A DNA stretch of 64,000 nt from a virus (lineage: Duplodnaviria > Heunggongvirae > Uroviricota > Caudoviricetes). A program made the translations under genes and the position numbers. The notes below the pieces were generated by a model. That model was not told the origin of the DNA. It made no database searches and saw only the letters and a program-made list of their open reading frames with translations. Where the stretch lies: IMG/VR virus record IMGVR_UViG_3300045988_141797; one strand, 5' to 3'. Shown here piece after piece: positions 39,315-49,997 of the stretch; the first letter of the stretch is position 1; each line of letters begins with the position of its first letter.

Positions 39315-39926
39315 ATGTCAAAACGCATTATGAAAATTTACATCGCGGGTCCGATGACTGGTTATCCCGACTACAACCGCACAGCGTTTTTTTCGAAAGC
39401 AAAAGAGCTGATGGAGGTAGGGCATATTGTTCTGAATCCGGCGCTGTTACCTGCTGGCCTCTGCCAGAGCGAATACATGGATATTTGCCTTGCAATGGTG
39501 CGTTCGGCTAATGCGGTCTATTTGCTCAAGGGGTGGGAGGAATCAGTTGGCGCTCGTGCAGAGCACGAGCTGGCTCAAAAGCTGGGGCTGAATGTAATTT
39601 ATGAGTCACCAACCAACATTGAATGCCAGGTTGCTCCGCATATTTACCGGGAACTGGTCAATGCACTGCGTGATATCGCTGCTGTATATCACGGCACAGA
39701 ACAGCTTCGTGAGCGTTTAGCCCATACCATTTCCTATTACCTGTCTGCATCTCATGAGCACAAGCTCCGTCAGAAGGTAATGATCAAATTTATCATGAGG
39801 TTATCGAAATCCCTGGCAAGCGCCGATCCAAAGAATCCATTACCGAAAGAGGCAATGAATTACCTGAAGTCCTGCAACGTTGTTTCTGAAGATGGCGTTC
39901 TTTTGGTTAGAAGGAGTTCTGCGTGA
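39315..39926 (+). CDS. DUF4406-like (nucleoside 2-deoxyribosyltransferase-like) protein with C-terminal extension
   Basis: N-terminal KIYIAGPMTGYPDYNRTAF...VLNPAL pattern; C-terminal block shared with the 48011 ORF. Confidence 0.45.
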   Translation: MSKRIMKIYIAGPMTGYPDYNRTAFFSKAKELMEVGHIVLNPALLPAGLCQSEYMDICLAMVRSANAVYLLKGWEESVGARAEHELAQKLGLNVIYESPTNIECQVAPHIYRELVNALRDIAAVYHGTEQLRERLAHTISYYLSASHEHKLRQKVMIKFIMRLSKSLASADPKNPLPKEAMNYLKSCNVVSEDGVLLVRRSSA

Positions 39927-40240
39927 GCTGGCGGGGATGGGGAAGGGCAGAAATCATGATACTCCGCCAGTGCGCCGGGACTATGACAGTCGAGGGTATT
40001 GGGAGACTGATCGGGCGTACCGGTGGTGCTGTCAGGACTAAAGCGCGGCAACTGCGGATCAGCATGATTCTGAAAGGAGACTTTCACCAGTCAGCCAAAT
40101 ACCGGCAGAGCGATATAGAACTGGCGCGGCAGCTTCATCAGTGTGGTGTTCCCCGCCGTGAGATCGCAGAAAAACTCGAAATGCCCCTGGGAATGATTAA
40201 TCAGTACGTTTATTTCGAAAGGAGAGTACATGAAGTCTGA
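39923..40240 (+). CDS. hypothetical DNA-binding-like protein
   Basis: 105-aa ORF, overlap-coupled. Confidence 0.3.
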   Translation: MSWRGWGRAEIMILRQCAGTMTVEGIGRLIGRTGGAVRTKARQLRISMILKGDFHQSAKYRQSDIELARQLHQCGVPRREIAEKLEMPLGMINQYVYFERRVHEV

Positions 40241-40733
40241 AGGTTTAACGCCCGCACAACTGGCAGAGCGTAACGCTGAGTATGTAACGGAAATTTCCCG
40301 ACTTGAGAAAGAGCGCGCGGCGCTGGCGGCGGAGAATGCACTTGCTCGTAAAGCTGTTCAGGCATTCTGTGAGGTTGTTGGCGACAACACTGAGATTATC
40401 TCCGAGTTGGTTGGGCAAGATGGCGTTCTGGTTATTTTGAAGGCCATGAAGGCAACAGGAAATATGTCAGCCACCGACGCTTTCCTGGCTGAAATACGTG
40501 CGGAGGCACGCAACGAGGGGATTAACTACACCGCAAGCCGTCTTGCTGCTGCGTTCAATCACGGATTTATCAATAAGTCTTTGCGTGAAGTTTTCGACGT
40601 TACACGCATGATTTTGTCAGCGAAAGAAGAGTTGGCTAATGAACCGCATCCGATTGATGGCCTGTCCGGTGAATATGCGGAGAAATCCCTTGAAGAATGG
40701 GCGGAACAGATTCGCAAAGGAGTTCAGTCATGA
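40230..40733 (+). CDS. hypothetical protein, paralogous module with the 41974 ORF
   Basis: shares ERAALAAENA and [13 protein letters not shown] blocks with the 41974-42684 protein. Confidence 0.35.
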   Translation: MKSEGLTPAQLAERNAEYVTEISRLEKERAALAAENALARKAVQAFCEVVGDNTEIISELVGQDGVLVILKAMKATGNMSATDAFLAEIRAEARNEGINYTASRLAAAFNHGFINKSLREVFDVTRMILSAKEELANEPHPIDGLSGEYAEKSLEEWAEQIRKGVQS

Positions 40734-40963
40734 GCATCCGAACTGAACATGGATTTGGTCCTTCAACGGTCGAAGTCGAATGGCTTGATGATTGCCCTAG
40801 GTGCCAGCACGGCAAAGCCAGGGTAACAGGATGGTCGGTAACCAAAGATTCTTTGTGGGCGGGTGATGAGGCCGTTTGTTCCAAATGCGGTCACAAAGGT
40901 GAAATCGATGCTGATGGAGAGAATGCCTGGGTGGAAAGGGACGAAATCGAGGAGGCACAATGA
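40730..40963 (+). CDS. small zinc-ribbon protein
   Basis: CPRCQHG ... CSKCGH; AAGGAG RBS. Confidence 0.4.
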   Translation: MSIRTEHGFGPSTVEVEWLDDCPRCQHGKARVTGWSVTKDSLWAGDEAVCSKCGHKGEIDADGENAWVERDEIEEAQ

Positions 40964-41652
40964 GCAACATCGACATCGACACACTGGCGCTGCGTGAGGC
41001 GGCAGAACGTGCAATTCCGGCAATGGAACGCCTGTTAATGTTGCCAGTTGATGATGATCTGATAAGTGAACAGGAACTTAAAGATTACGGTGTGGATATT
41101 GATGCGCTCAACGCCTTCAAATTTCTGACCGGACCAGAAACCGTGCTGGCACTGCTGGATGAACGGGAAAGAAACCAGCAATACATCAAACGACGCGACC
41201 AGGAGAACGAGGAGATTGCGCTTACGGTTGGGAAGCTGCGCGTTGAGCTGGAAGGCAAAGACAGCAAAATAGCCAATCTTACCGCCGAACGCGATGCTCT
41301 TCGTGAAGGTGAGATGGGCGACGCTAGGCATAGCAACACACGGGCCGCAGCTGATATCTACTTCCAACTGGTCGAGGAGTGCGAAATTCCTGCTGGCGGA
41401 TCTCTGGTCGAGTACGTTGACGATATGCGCGAGAAGCTGGAAGCCGCAGAGAAGCGCATTGCAGAGTTAGAAAGTGGTTCTCAGGCACAAAAGTTAGTTG
41501 AAGCAATCATTGTTGCGATAGAAAACGAACAGGAAAGGCTTTTTGATGAAGATTACCTAATGGATTCGAAAGAATGCATTGACGTAATTCGTGAAGAAGT
41601 AAAGCGATGGAATGATTCCCGTGCCGCTGGCATTCGCATCAAAGGAGAGTGA
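40960..41652 (+). CDS. Ead/Ea22-like protein
   Basis: N-terminus [16 protein letters not shown]..., [35 protein letters not shown]-terminus AGIRIKGE, as in lambdoid Ea22-like proteins from memory. Confidence 0.55.
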   Translation: MSNIDIDTLALREAAERAIPAMERLLMLPVDDDLISEQELKDYGVDIDALNAFKFLTGPETVLALLDERERNQQYIKRRDQENEEIALTVGKLRVELEGKDSKIANLTAERDALREGEMGDARHSNTRAAADIYFQLVEECEIPAGGSLVEYVDDMREKLEAAEKRIAELESGSQAQKLVEAIIVAIENEQERLFDEDYLMDSKECIDVIREEVKRWNDSRAAGIRIKGE

Positions 41653-41653
41653 G

Positions 41654-41977
41654 ATGACCACATCGCATTCTGCAATCACCCAGGAAAAAGTATTTCGCTT
41701 GCTCGAACGTCTGGAGGCGCTCGCCACGGAGGAGGATATATCCCCGGAGATGCTGGTCGAGTGCAGCCGTGTGATATTGCGTCGCAAGAACGACATCGCG
41801 CGGCTGACATCTGGCGCACCATCCGTATCAGCCAGTCCAACGCTTTATTGCAGCTTCTGCAACAAATCCCAGCACACCGTTAAAAAGTTAATTGCCGGGG
41901 ACAACGTTTTCATCTGCAACGAGTGCGTGAAAGATTGCAACAACATTATCCAGGAAGAGCAAAGGGAATCAGCATGA
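41654..41977 (+). CDS. small protein with ClpX-type N-terminal zinc finger
   Basis: C-terminal [36 protein letters not shown] closely matches the ClpX zinc-binding domain; AAAGGAG RBS. Confidence 0.6.
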   Translation: MTTSHSAITQEKVFRLLERLEALATEEDISPEMLVECSRVILRRKNDIARLTSGAPSVSASPTLYCSFCNKSQHTVKKLIAGDNVFICNECVKDCNNIIQEEQRESA

Positions 41978-42684
41978 AATTTTCCAAATTCTCGGAGTTG
42001 GTGAATAGTATTTTGTCCAACAACCACAGCCATCGTCGCGATATGGATGTAACGATCGTTGTTCATTCGCCTGGTCGCATCGGTTCAACACCATCAGTTG
42101 AGGTTCAGTCAATTCAGGTGGGTTTTGATTGGGATGCCGGGAAAGTGCTGATTTTCCCAGCACAGCCACTGACCACGCTAACACCAGAACAGATTACTGA
42201 TATCACGGATAGTGTGCGCAAAGGTCAGTCTTGGCACGCATATCAGGAATACAAGAAGCATAAAGAGCAGTTGGGAAAATTGTCGATTGAACTGGATGCT
42301 GCAAGACGGCGCATTACAGAACTGGAGAGCGAACGCGCGGTGCTGGCGGCGGAGAATGCGGAGCTGAAGTCTGTGCACCCTCAACCATTCGGAGCTGAGA
42401 TGATGAAGGCTCTTGATGCGTATGAGAAGCATCAGGATGAAGTGCCAGAGACTGGAATGCTCAATGCATTTTTCATCTTGCGCGACAGTATCCGTGTTGA
42501 CACCCCAGCCACCGATGCTTTCCTGGCTGAAGTACGTGCGCAGGGCGTGGATATGGCTCGTAACGCGATGATTGATTTTGTCGATGGTGAAGTTGGGCCA
42601 AACAAGAACGTTCCGGGGCTGATTAGAGGCGCAGAGATATGCGTAAGTATTGCTGAACAGCTTCGCAAAGGAGGCAGCCAGTGA
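41974..42684 (+). CDS. hypothetical protein, paralogous module with the 40230 ORF
   Basis: [15 protein letters not shown] and [13 protein letters not shown] blocks. Confidence 0.35.
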   Translation: MKFSKFSELVNSILSNNHSHRRDMDVTIVVHSPGRIGSTPSVEVQSIQVGFDWDAGKVLIFPAQPLTTLTPEQITDITDSVRKGQSWHAYQEYKKHKEQLGKLSIELDAARRRITELESERAVLAAENAELKSVHPQPFGAEMMKALDAYEKHQDEVPETGMLNAFFILRDSIRVDTPATDAFLAEVRAQGVDMARNAMIDFVDGEVGPNKNVPGLIRGAEICVSIAEQLRKGGSQ

Positions 42685-42956
42685 ATATCGACACGACAAT
42701 AACGATCGATACGCTCCTAAATACCGGTCTGGCACTTCTCGGTTGGCTTTACATCATGTCCCGTACATGGCGATGGCTGGGTTCCATTTTCCTGAAACAG
42801 TGGAAAAAACGGCGCAAACAGGAACTACGCCAGAAGGCATTAGAAGCGTTCTATGACGCATTTGAGCTTAGCCGCATTGAACCAGGTACAACAGCCAGGA
42901 TAGCGACAAAAGGCGACCTGATGATAGTGATGTTCAGACAGGAGAAAACAAAATGA
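42681..42956 (+). CDS. small membrane protein
   Basis: TM helix LLNTGLALLGWLYIM. Confidence 0.3.
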   Translation: MNIDTTITIDTLLNTGLALLGWLYIMSRTWRWLGSIFLKQWKKRRKQELRQKALEAFYDAFELSRIEPGTTARIATKGDLMIVMFRQEKTK

Positions 42957-43177
42957 CAGAACAGACGATGACAAATCGCGAACTTGTTGATGCCGCGATT
43001 GAACTTGCTGGCGATTTTTATTCCATGTTGGGTTACGAGCATCGACCTGGTTTTAAGTATTGGGAGTCACCGCATCCGCAAGAACAACAGGTGTTTGAAA
43101 TGGCCTGCCGTGCTTTTGAGGTTATTCGCGGTTCTGATGTGATGGAGGCCGTTGCCGACTTGGAGGATGAAGAGTGA
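42953..43177 (+). CDS. hypothetical small protein
   Basis: 74-aa ORF, overlap-coupled. Confidence 0.3.
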   Translation: MTEQTMTNRELVDAAIELAGDFYSMLGYEHRPGFKYWESPHPQEQQVFEMACRAFEVIRGSDVMEAVADLEDEE

Positions 43178-43485
43178 GCATCATTAAAGAAATGCCGGTA
43201 GAACGTGATGAATATGGCTGCTGGACACATCCGGAATATGAAAAGTTTTGCGCAGGTCGTGAATATATATCCACTGAGGAATTTGACGCCTGGATGAAGG
43301 AAAATAATCTTCAGTGGACTATTCGCAGTATGGATGAAGATCATTTTAATCTGGACGCAGATGGTCCCGATATTGCCGCCTGGGAACCAGAGCGACCAGA
43401 GGGCGAAGGATGGTTTGTTGGCTCTATTCATGACACTGAAGATGGCCCGGTTTGTATCTGGCTGCGGGAGAAGGTTGCCGCATGA
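43174..43485 (+). CDS. hypothetical small acidic protein
   Basis: 103-aa ORF, overlap-coupled. Confidence 0.3.
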   Translation: MSIIKEMPVERDEYGCWTHPEYEKFCAGREYISTEEFDAWMKENNLQWTIRSMDEDHFNLDADGPDIAAWEPERPEGEGWFVGSIHDTEDGPVCIWLREKVAA

Positions 43486-44168
43486 CCCAGGCGCTGCATG
43501 AAGTGAATTTATATAGCCGTATTGATGGTTCAGGCTACAGAAACATATGGGTTGTTGGTGATCTGCATGGTTGCTACACCAGATTGATGTCTGAACTTCA
43601 TCGTGTGGACTTTGACCCGACACAGGATTTACTGATATCGGTTGGCGACCTTATCGATCGCGGCACCGAAAATGTTGAATGCCTGGAGCTATTGCAGATG
43701 CCCTGGTTTCGGTCGGTTATGGGAAACCACGAGCGATTAATGATCGATGCGTTAAGCCCCGCAGGCAACGTGAATAACTGGCTAATGAATGGCGGCCAAT
43801 GGTTCTTCATGCTGGACGCTGATCGGGAAATATTAGCCAGGGCGCTGGTGGAGCTGGTAAGACGTTTACCCTATATCATTGAGTTGAACACCGGGCATGA
43901 AACTATCGTTATAGCCCATGCCGACTATCCTGATAACGAATACCAGTTTGGTAAACCTGTTAGCGATCTCAATGTTACCTGGCGGCGTGAGCGATTTTAT
44001 GACGCGGTTGATGGTGTTGGTGGAATGATCACTGGTGCAGATAGCTTTATTTTCGGGCATACGCCAGTAAACAGCCCGAAATCTTTCTGGAACCAGCACT
44101 ACATAGACACTGGCGCGGTTTTTTGCGGAAATCTGACGCTAAAGCAGGTGAAGGGAGGCCAGCCGTAA
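43482..44168 (+). CDS. Ser/Thr protein phosphatase (lambda PPase family)
   Basis: GDLHG, GDLIDRG and GNHE metallophosphatase motifs. Confidence 0.8.
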   Translation: MTQALHEVNLYSRIDGSGYRNIWVVGDLHGCYTRLMSELHRVDFDPTQDLLISVGDLIDRGTENVECLELLQMPWFRSVMGNHERLMIDALSPAGNVNNWLMNGGQWFFMLDADREILARALVELVRRLPYIIELNTGHETIVIAHADYPDNEYQFGKPVSDLNVTWRRERFYDAVDGVGGMITGADSFIFGHTPVNSPKSFWNQHYIDTGAVFCGNLTLKQVKGGQP

Positions 44169-44197
44169 TCCTGAACACATCGTTTATGCACTCAAAA

Positions 44198-44235
44198 CCG
44201 TGTTAGAATATTGATTTTAATTTTCTAACATATTA
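44198..44235. promoter_or_regulatory. operator site
   Basis: GTGTTAGAATATTGATTTTAATTTTCTAACAT upstream of the 44273 ORF. Confidence 0.55.
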
Positions 44236-44272
44236 TTTTACCGCTCGGAACAAAACAGAGTCGGTATACATT

Positions 44273-45268
44273 ATGAGTGCAATAATCACACCTCATTTCG
44301 TAAACGGAGCTGGTGTGGCTGTCTTTCCGGTAGACAAGCCCACCAGCAACTACATTGGCGCAGGTCGCCGTTTCATTATCTCTCCACTTCCGCGCGAACA
44401 GGCTGAAAACACGCCAGATGGCGTAGTGGATCTGAACTATTCGCTGGTTGCCAACCAGTCTCTGAAAGCATTTTTTCAAAGCGAGCGCGTATTTAACGCA
44501 TTAGGCGGTGAAGATTCGCTTGTTCATTGGGTAAGTTCCAATATCCACGATTGCCAGGCGCACGATAAGCGCGATTGCAGCCACCAGCTAACCACTCATT
44601 TCTATAACGGCTCTGCCGTTCGCCTGTGCTGGAAGCATGATGCGGAATACATGATGAAGGGGTACGGCAAGCTGGATGACCAGTTATCCCTGAATCGTGC
44701 CAACTGGGTTATGAACTGGGCTGCGAGCGAGTTAAAACTACCGCCAGAACGCGATCTGAGCATGGTTGAACTCACTTTTTGGGCCATTCGCCGGAATCTG
44801 AAAGACGAGCTGCCAGATGAAGCCGGTCGCATTGCATTTTGTCAGCCAAAACAGGAAATCCCTACCGGCACACTGAAAGAATCGGATATCACCTGGGAGC
44901 ACAGCACCCGTGAGCTGGTGGACATAACCGCAGAGCAGATCGTCAACCTGTCTGTAGATGAGGATTCCGGCCTGCTGTATATGCGCCGACCAAAAGCGGT
45001 TCTCGGTAAAAGCCCGGCTTATCTCCGGTTTGTGATTTCTCGTCCGTGCATCGGATGCGGAGGCAAAGTTAATCACCCGTTCATGTACCGCGCCCGCTCG
45101 TTAAACGAACACGATCGCTGGGCCGTTCCTCTTTGCGATGAATGCGCCAGAAGCGCAGAAAACGATGTCCGGGCATGGGAAAAAGCACATGGCATACGCC
45201 TTTACGTAGCCGCCAACCAGCTTTTCGACTTCGCCATCGAGCGCGGAGTGATCACGTTCAATAACTGA
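44273..45268 (+). CDS. hypothetical protein with C-terminal Cys cluster
   Basis: 331 aa; CIGCGG...CDEC near C-terminus. Confidence 0.35.
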   Translation: MSAIITPHFVNGAGVAVFPVDKPTSNYIGAGRRFIISPLPREQAENTPDGVVDLNYSLVANQSLKAFFQSERVFNALGGEDSLVHWVSSNIHDCQAHDKRDCSHQLTTHFYNGSAVRLCWKHDAEYMMKGYGKLDDQLSLNRANWVMNWAASELKLPPERDLSMVELTFWAIRRNLKDELPDEAGRIAFCQPKQEIPTGTLKESDITWEHSTRELVDITAEQIVNLSVDEDSGLLYMRRPKAVLGKSPAYLRFVISRPCIGCGGKVNHPFMYRARSLNEHDRWAVPLCDECARSAENDVRAWEKAHGIRLYVAANQLFDFAIERGVITFNN

Positions 45269-45284
45269 TGGAGTGGATCAAAAA

Positions 45285-45863
45285 ATGAAAGAACGCGGGA
45301 TGATTTTTAACGATGAGATGGTCCGGGCAATTCTTGGCGGGAATAAAACACAGACTCGCAGGATTGTTGAAGAAAAATTCTATGGACGAGCAGTTGCCGC
45401 AGAGTTGCTTGCCAAGCATTGTCCATATGGTCAACCGGGCGATCGTATTTGGGTTCGCGAAACCTACCGGGTACATGGCAAAGCGACGGACGTCGCAACG
45501 CTGGTTTATCGCGCAAGCGTGCGTAACTCCTGGACAGAACAAACGCACCGGGTTCCGGTCGATGTTTGTAATAAACCAGTATCAGAAAAGTGGACGCCAT
45601 CAATTCACATGCCGCGCTGGGCATCGCGCATTCTTCTGGAAATTACCGACGTGCGTGTGGAACGGCTGCATGACATGAGCGAGGCAGATGCTAAAGCAGA
45701 AGGCGCAACTCCGGCGACGTACAAGATTACGCCACCTGAAGCTGTTTATCGCGTTGGTTTTGGTGATATCTGGCGCAGTATTTACGGGCAGGATAACTGG
45801 CTATCTAACCCGTGGGTATGGGTAATCGAGTTTAAGCGTATTCAGGGGGCAACCAGTGAGTGA
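45285..45863 (+). CDS. putative ASCH/PUA-like domain protein
   Basis: N-terminal MVRAILGGNKTQTRR resembles the GxKxxExR ASCH signature; start ambiguous. Confidence 0.3.
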   Translation: MKERGMIFNDEMVRAILGGNKTQTRRIVEEKFYGRAVAAELLAKHCPYGQPGDRIWVRETYRVHGKATDVATLVYRASVRNSWTEQTHRVPVDVCNKPVSEKWTPSIHMPRWASRILLEITDVRVERLHDMSEADAKAEGATPATYKITPPEAVYRVGFGDIWRSIYGQDNWLSNPWVWVIEFKRIQGATSE

Positions 45864-46122
45864 GTCAAAATGCCAAATTAATGGCAACAAGATAGAACCG
45901 TGCGCGGCGTTGACGCAATCCCTGGAACATGACGCTGAATACACGACGCGAAAAGGTCTGCTGAAATACAAAATCTATAACCATGCATTAATTCATTCAC
46001 AAGACCTGATCATGCTGCGGTCAGGCGAGTTTTCTAAATCGCCGATTCGAATTTCATTTTGCCCGTTCTGTGGTGAAAGTCTGAAAACGTGGGAAGCGGA
46101 GGCAACCAGTGAGCAAAATTAA
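45856..46122 (+). CDS. small zinc-ribbon protein
   Basis: Cys pairs at both ends (C...C and CPFCGES). Confidence 0.3.
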   Translation: MSESKCQINGNKIEPCAALTQSLEHDAEYTTRKGLLKYKIYNHALIHSQDLIMLRSGEFSKSPIRISFCPFCGESLKTWEAEATSEQN

Positions 46123-46840
46123 CTATCAAGAACTGCGCGAGGCGGCGGAACAGGCAACGCAAGATGAATGGGTAGCATATATTTTGCCGGGTCATAACGG
46201 CATTTATCCTGCGCGCACGTCTGAGGGTAGGCATTGCGGATACTTTATTGACTGGCCTGGCATTGATGGGCAAAGGAATGCTGGTGCTAATGCCCGTTAT
46301 ATCGCGGCTATCCCACCAAAAGTTGCGCTGGCACTACTGGATGAGATCAACGCATTAGAGGAAACGCGTATCAACGATGTTTGCCGTATTGCGGAACTAA
46401 CAAAACAACTGGAGTCGGCAAAATCAAAACTCAACGAGCAGCGCGAGCATTACGAGGGAGTAATCGCGGATGGAGGTAAGCGCATAGCAGAACTGGAAAA
46501 ACAATGCGCTGAATCGGAGCGAAAAGCATTAAGCAACTTTGAAGAGTGTGCTGCGATGGCTGAACGTATCGAAGAGTTGGAGCAGGCCAACACAAGACAG
46601 GACGCCAATATAAACCACCAGCAGGAGGGCGTGACTCAATCAGTCACCCGATACATATATCACTACAACGCAGTGAATGGTTCTGACTCTATGTCTGGAA
46701 TTGCGCGGTTAACTTTCATGATCAAATCACAATCTGACCTTGACGCACTTAAAAGCGCACTTAGCAAGGTTGGTGGTTTCCGTGCAAAAGCAATTACATC
46801 TCTTTCATATCTTGGGTGTGAGGAAGATAGCAAACGATGA
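46109..46840 (+). CDS. Ead/Ea22-like protein (second paralog)
   Basis: MSKINYQELREAAEQA..., ALLDEINALEE, coiled-coil KSKLNEQREHYEGVIADGGKRIAELE. Confidence 0.5.
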   Translation: MSKINYQELREAAEQATQDEWVAYILPGHNGIYPARTSEGRHCGYFIDWPGIDGQRNAGANARYIAAIPPKVALALLDEINALEETRINDVCRIAELTKQLESAKSKLNEQREHYEGVIADGGKRIAELEKQCAESERKALSNFEECAAMAERIEELEQANTRQDANINHQQEGVTQSVTRYIYHYNAVNGSDSMSGIARLTFMIKSQSDLDALKSALSKVGGFRAKAITSLSYLGCEEDSKR

Positions 46841-47370
46841 AAGAAGGATTTAAAGATAATTCAGGTGCAGCGCAAAACACTGGAGAAATCATTGAGGCAT
46901 TTAATGGGGAGGAAATGCCCACTTTATTCAGAAAAGAATATCCGCGAAAGAGTAGAGCAATAGAATTGCTGTTTATCATTCTGTTTTTCGTGTTGCTGAT
47001 ACCAATAGCCTCAATATTAGTGACTGTTCTAATGGGGAAAGTATTTGAACCGTTAGTTGAACTGTATATCGATATAGTGTGGACCCCATTCAGGAAGCTA
47101 CACAATAAAATTAACCCACATAAGGAAACAGATATGGCAACTTTGAAAAAAGAAGATCTTTTTACCAAAAAACAAATCGCCGAGGCAAAAATCCTCGATA
47201 ACAACGGAACCTACTTCATCAACGGTTCCATTCTTCCAGTTTATATCAATGAGGATGGAGACACTTACCTTATTGAAGAGTACGAAAAAGGCGAGCCGAG
47301 CGAACACCTCATTAAAGATTTGTTCGCGGATGGCGTTATTGTTGCGGTTAATCCAATCGGATACAACTGA
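46837..47370 (+). CDS. membrane protein, hypothetical
   Basis: TM segment LLFIILFFVLLIPIASILVTVLM. Confidence 0.3.
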   Translation: MKEGFKDNSGAAQNTGEIIEAFNGEEMPTLFRKEYPRKSRAIELLFIILFFVLLIPIASILVTVLMGKVFEPLVELYIDIVWTPFRKLHNKINPHKETDMATLKKEDLFTKKQIAEAKILDNNGTYFINGSILPVYINEDGDTYLIEEYEKGEPSEHLIKDLFADGVIVAVNPIGYN

Positions 47371-47380
47371 GGCATAATTT

Positions 47381-47956
47381 ATGACCACTTTAACCGACAA
47401 AGAACTGATTAAAGAAATCAAAGAGCGCATAGGCAGTCTGGACGTGCGAGACAATATTGAGCGCCGTGCTTATGAAATTGCGCTGGCATCGCTGGAAGCA
47501 GAGCCTGTTGGTGAGTTTTATGAATACAAACCGGGTGACTGGTATCAGCGTTCGGTCGGGGATAAAGCACCAAAGTGGGTGCCGTTATATGCCACTCCGC
47601 CAGTTCCGGAATTGCAGGCTGATGTCGCACAAGCAATTGAAAATCTCAAGCAGAAGTTAGTGGAATGCAATCGCTATAACTACTGCGCAGATGCAGTTAA
47701 AGGCGTAGAGGATGCCAGCCGCGTCTTGGCACTCCAAAATCAAAATATGTCAGCACCGGTAACGCCGGAGGCCATTGAAAACGCAATTGAATATATCCGC
47801 AGTATCGCTTTTCACATCGATGAAGACGATTACCACGGCAAGCATATTGCGTATTTCATGCGACAAGCACTGGTCTGGCTGGAAGGGCATTCATGCAGCG
47901 ACGACAGACAGGGTAAAGCCGAGAATCAACCAGTACGCGGCAACCAGGCTGCCTAA
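47381..47956 (+). CDS. hypothetical protein
   Basis: 191-aa ORF. Confidence 0.3.
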   Translation: MTTLTDKELIKEIKERIGSLDVRDNIERRAYEIALASLEAEPVGEFYEYKPGDWYQRSVGDKAPKWVPLYATPPVPELQADVAQAIENLKQKLVECNRYNYCADAVKGVEDASRVLALQNQNMSAPVTPEAIENAIEYIRSIAFHIDEDDYHGKHIAYFMRQALVWLEGHSCSDDRQGKAENQPVRGNQAA

Positions 47957-48010
47957 TCCAATCGCGGTAATGAGTGGACCGGCAATCCTGATATTGATAA
48001 CGCAATCATC

Positions 48011-48463
48011 ATGCACGACCGCATAGATACGCTGGAAAATTGCGATGATGACCGTATTGAGGGTGTTAAGGCTGTTTTGCGCAGACTGGCTGGCAACTAT
48101 CCGGATATTCCGGATAGTTCGGTGCCAGCACCAGGAAAGGGCGTCACCGGTGAACGTATCCGAATTAAGCCGCATGTTTATCGCGAACTGGTTAACCGTC
48201 TCCACGATACAGCGATCAAGTGTGCTGGCACCCAGCAATTACGAGAAAGAATTAGCCGTGTTTTGGGCGACGTTATTACGCCAGATCATCATAAACAAGC
48301 CGAGAAAAGTGACCTGGAAAGGTGTCACCTTGAGGCGGCATTAAACATTAAGCCGGGGCATACGCTTGGCATTATCGATGCTCTGTTGGTTCATAAGATG
48401 GCCAGGGCTTTATTGCCGCTGGTGGCTGAAAAGCATGAGGCGGACCATGCCAACGAAAGCTGA
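48011..48463 (+). CDS. hypothetical protein sharing a module with the DUF4406 protein
   Basis: PHVYRELVNRLHDTAIKCAGTQQLRERI versus PHIYRELVNALRDIAAVYHGTEQLRERL. Confidence 0.35.
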   Translation: MHDRIDTLENCDDDRIEGVKAVLRRLAGNYPDIPDSSVPAPGKGVTGERIRIKPHVYRELVNRLHDTAIKCAGTQQLRERISRVLGDVITPDHHKQAEKSDLERCHLEAALNIKPGHTLGIIDALLVHKMARALLPLVAEKHEADHANES

Positions 48464-48715
48464 ATTACAGGTGCGCGTAGATGAGCTTGAAAAAGAGAAC
48501 GCGAGCCTCAAAAAAATGCTGTCGCGGGCGGAAAGGGAATTATCAGGCAAATTATTGCCAGAAGAACTGCCACCAGCAGATATACCTGATCGCGTGTCCT
48601 GATGGATGAAGTATTTCCGTGCACCGTGGGAGGCGTTTTGGTGCTACGACCATCGCAGATGGTGTGATGAACTTGATAGCAGTTTTCCCTACTTTGCGGA
48701 AGGGAACACCTGCCC

Positions 48716-49066
48716 TCAATGCAGGGGATAGCATTTGACGAAATCGATCACCCTATCCTGAGCTTCAGAAAGAAGGTCTTTTTCTCGCGCCAGGACGTCA
48801 GGATATTGACGTTCTGGCCTTATCAGATGCCGGAGCTTCCCATTAAGCAGAATGGCCTCAGAAAACACTTTTACGCTGTGCTTTATCCCCTCTGTTTCAC
48901 TTTTCAGCGTCAAAATAAAGCGCAATTGCTTATTAGCCTGATTCGGATTCAATACACGAATTTGCAGTTCGTCTATGCTGTTTCGCAATGGGATTGATGC
49001 CACCACACTGGTGCAGTCCCTGATTGTCTGAATTGAACGGCTAACATTGAGAACGTTATTGTGCAT
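48716..49066 (-). CDS. hypothetical protein, lone minus-strand gene in plus-strand array
   Basis: 116-aa ORF. Confidence 0.3.
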   Translation of the reverse strand: MHNNVLNVSRSIQTIRDCTSVVASIPLRNSIDELQIRVLNPNQANKQLRFILTLKSETEGIKHSVKVFSEAILLNGKLRHLIRPERQYPDVLAREKDLLSEAQDRVIDFVKCYPLH

Positions 49067-49098
49067 GTGCCTGATCCACTAACTCCTGGAGGTTTCTT

Positions 49099-49350
49099 GT
49101 GTCAGATCGAAATATAGCAGCTAAAAGCCAGGAAGAGCGAGACAAGGTGAACGTAGACCTTGCCGCCAGCGGCGTTGCTTACAAAGAACGGCTGAATATA
49201 CCTGTGATTGCAGAGCAGGTGGCCCGTGAGCAACCGGAAAACCTGCGCGCCTATTTCATGGAACGGCTACGGCACTACCGGCAGTTAAGCCTCCAGTTGC
49301 CAAAAGGGAGCGATCCGGTGTATCAGAACGAGGATGCACCAAAAAAATAA
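49099..49350 (+). CDS. hypothetical small protein
   Basis: 83-aa ORF. Confidence 0.3.
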   Translation: MSDRNIAAKSQEERDKVNVDLAASGVAYKERLNIPVIAEQVAREQPENLRAYFMERLRHYRQLSLQLPKGSDPVYQNEDAPKK

Positions 49351-49473
49351 CGGCAAGCTGGGGGAGAAATGTGATTAGCCCCCAGCGTGGCGCGCCTACA
49401 AACCCCGCTTTCACAAACTATGCCTTTTCAATGTATACTGTATGAATAAACAGTATTATTGAGGTAAAACGCT

Positions 49474-49863
49474 ATGGGCTTCCCTTCTCCTGCGGCGGAT
49501 TATGTTGAAAGCCGAATTTCTCTTGATCAGCAACTAATCAGGCATCCATCAGCCACCTACTTCATGCGGGCGGCTGACAGCCACTACCGCGAAGGCATAT
49601 TGCAAGGGGCGTTGCTGGTGGTTGATTCCTCGCTTACTCCGGTTGATGGTTCGCTGCTTGTCTGCGCTATGGAGGGTGAATATCGCATAAAGAGATACAG
49701 GAAGTATCCGCGCCAGCACCTGGAGGATTTAAGCACCGGGAAGAAAGAGGCGTTACCAGTGGATGACGATGGATACACGGGCAGTAATGCTGTTTTTGGT
49801 GTGATCACCCACATTATCAATGACGCCAGGGACGGTGAATTTGATGATAGTCCTGCTATATGA
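49474..49863 (+). CDS. humD: UmuD'-like S24 peptidase-fold protein (HumD-like)
   Basis: MGFPSPAADY...ATYFMRA...GALLVVD...GEYRIKRY, UmuD-type core without the N-terminal cleavable arm. Confidence 0.7.
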   Translation: MGFPSPAADYVESRISLDQQLIRHPSATYFMRAADSHYREGILQGALLVVDSSLTPVDGSLLVCAMEGEYRIKRYRKYPRQHLEDLSTGKKEALPVDDDGYTGSNAVFGVITHIINDARDGEFDDSPAI

Positions 49864-49997
49864 TTTGTTTTCAGAGAAACCATAGAGAGGCATGACTGGA
49901 CCTATATCGCCCTGGCCATTTAAATGATTCCTCCCATTAGACGCGGTTACTCACTTGAAGATAAGATGAGGTTATAATTCTCTTTTTAGGTACGCGA

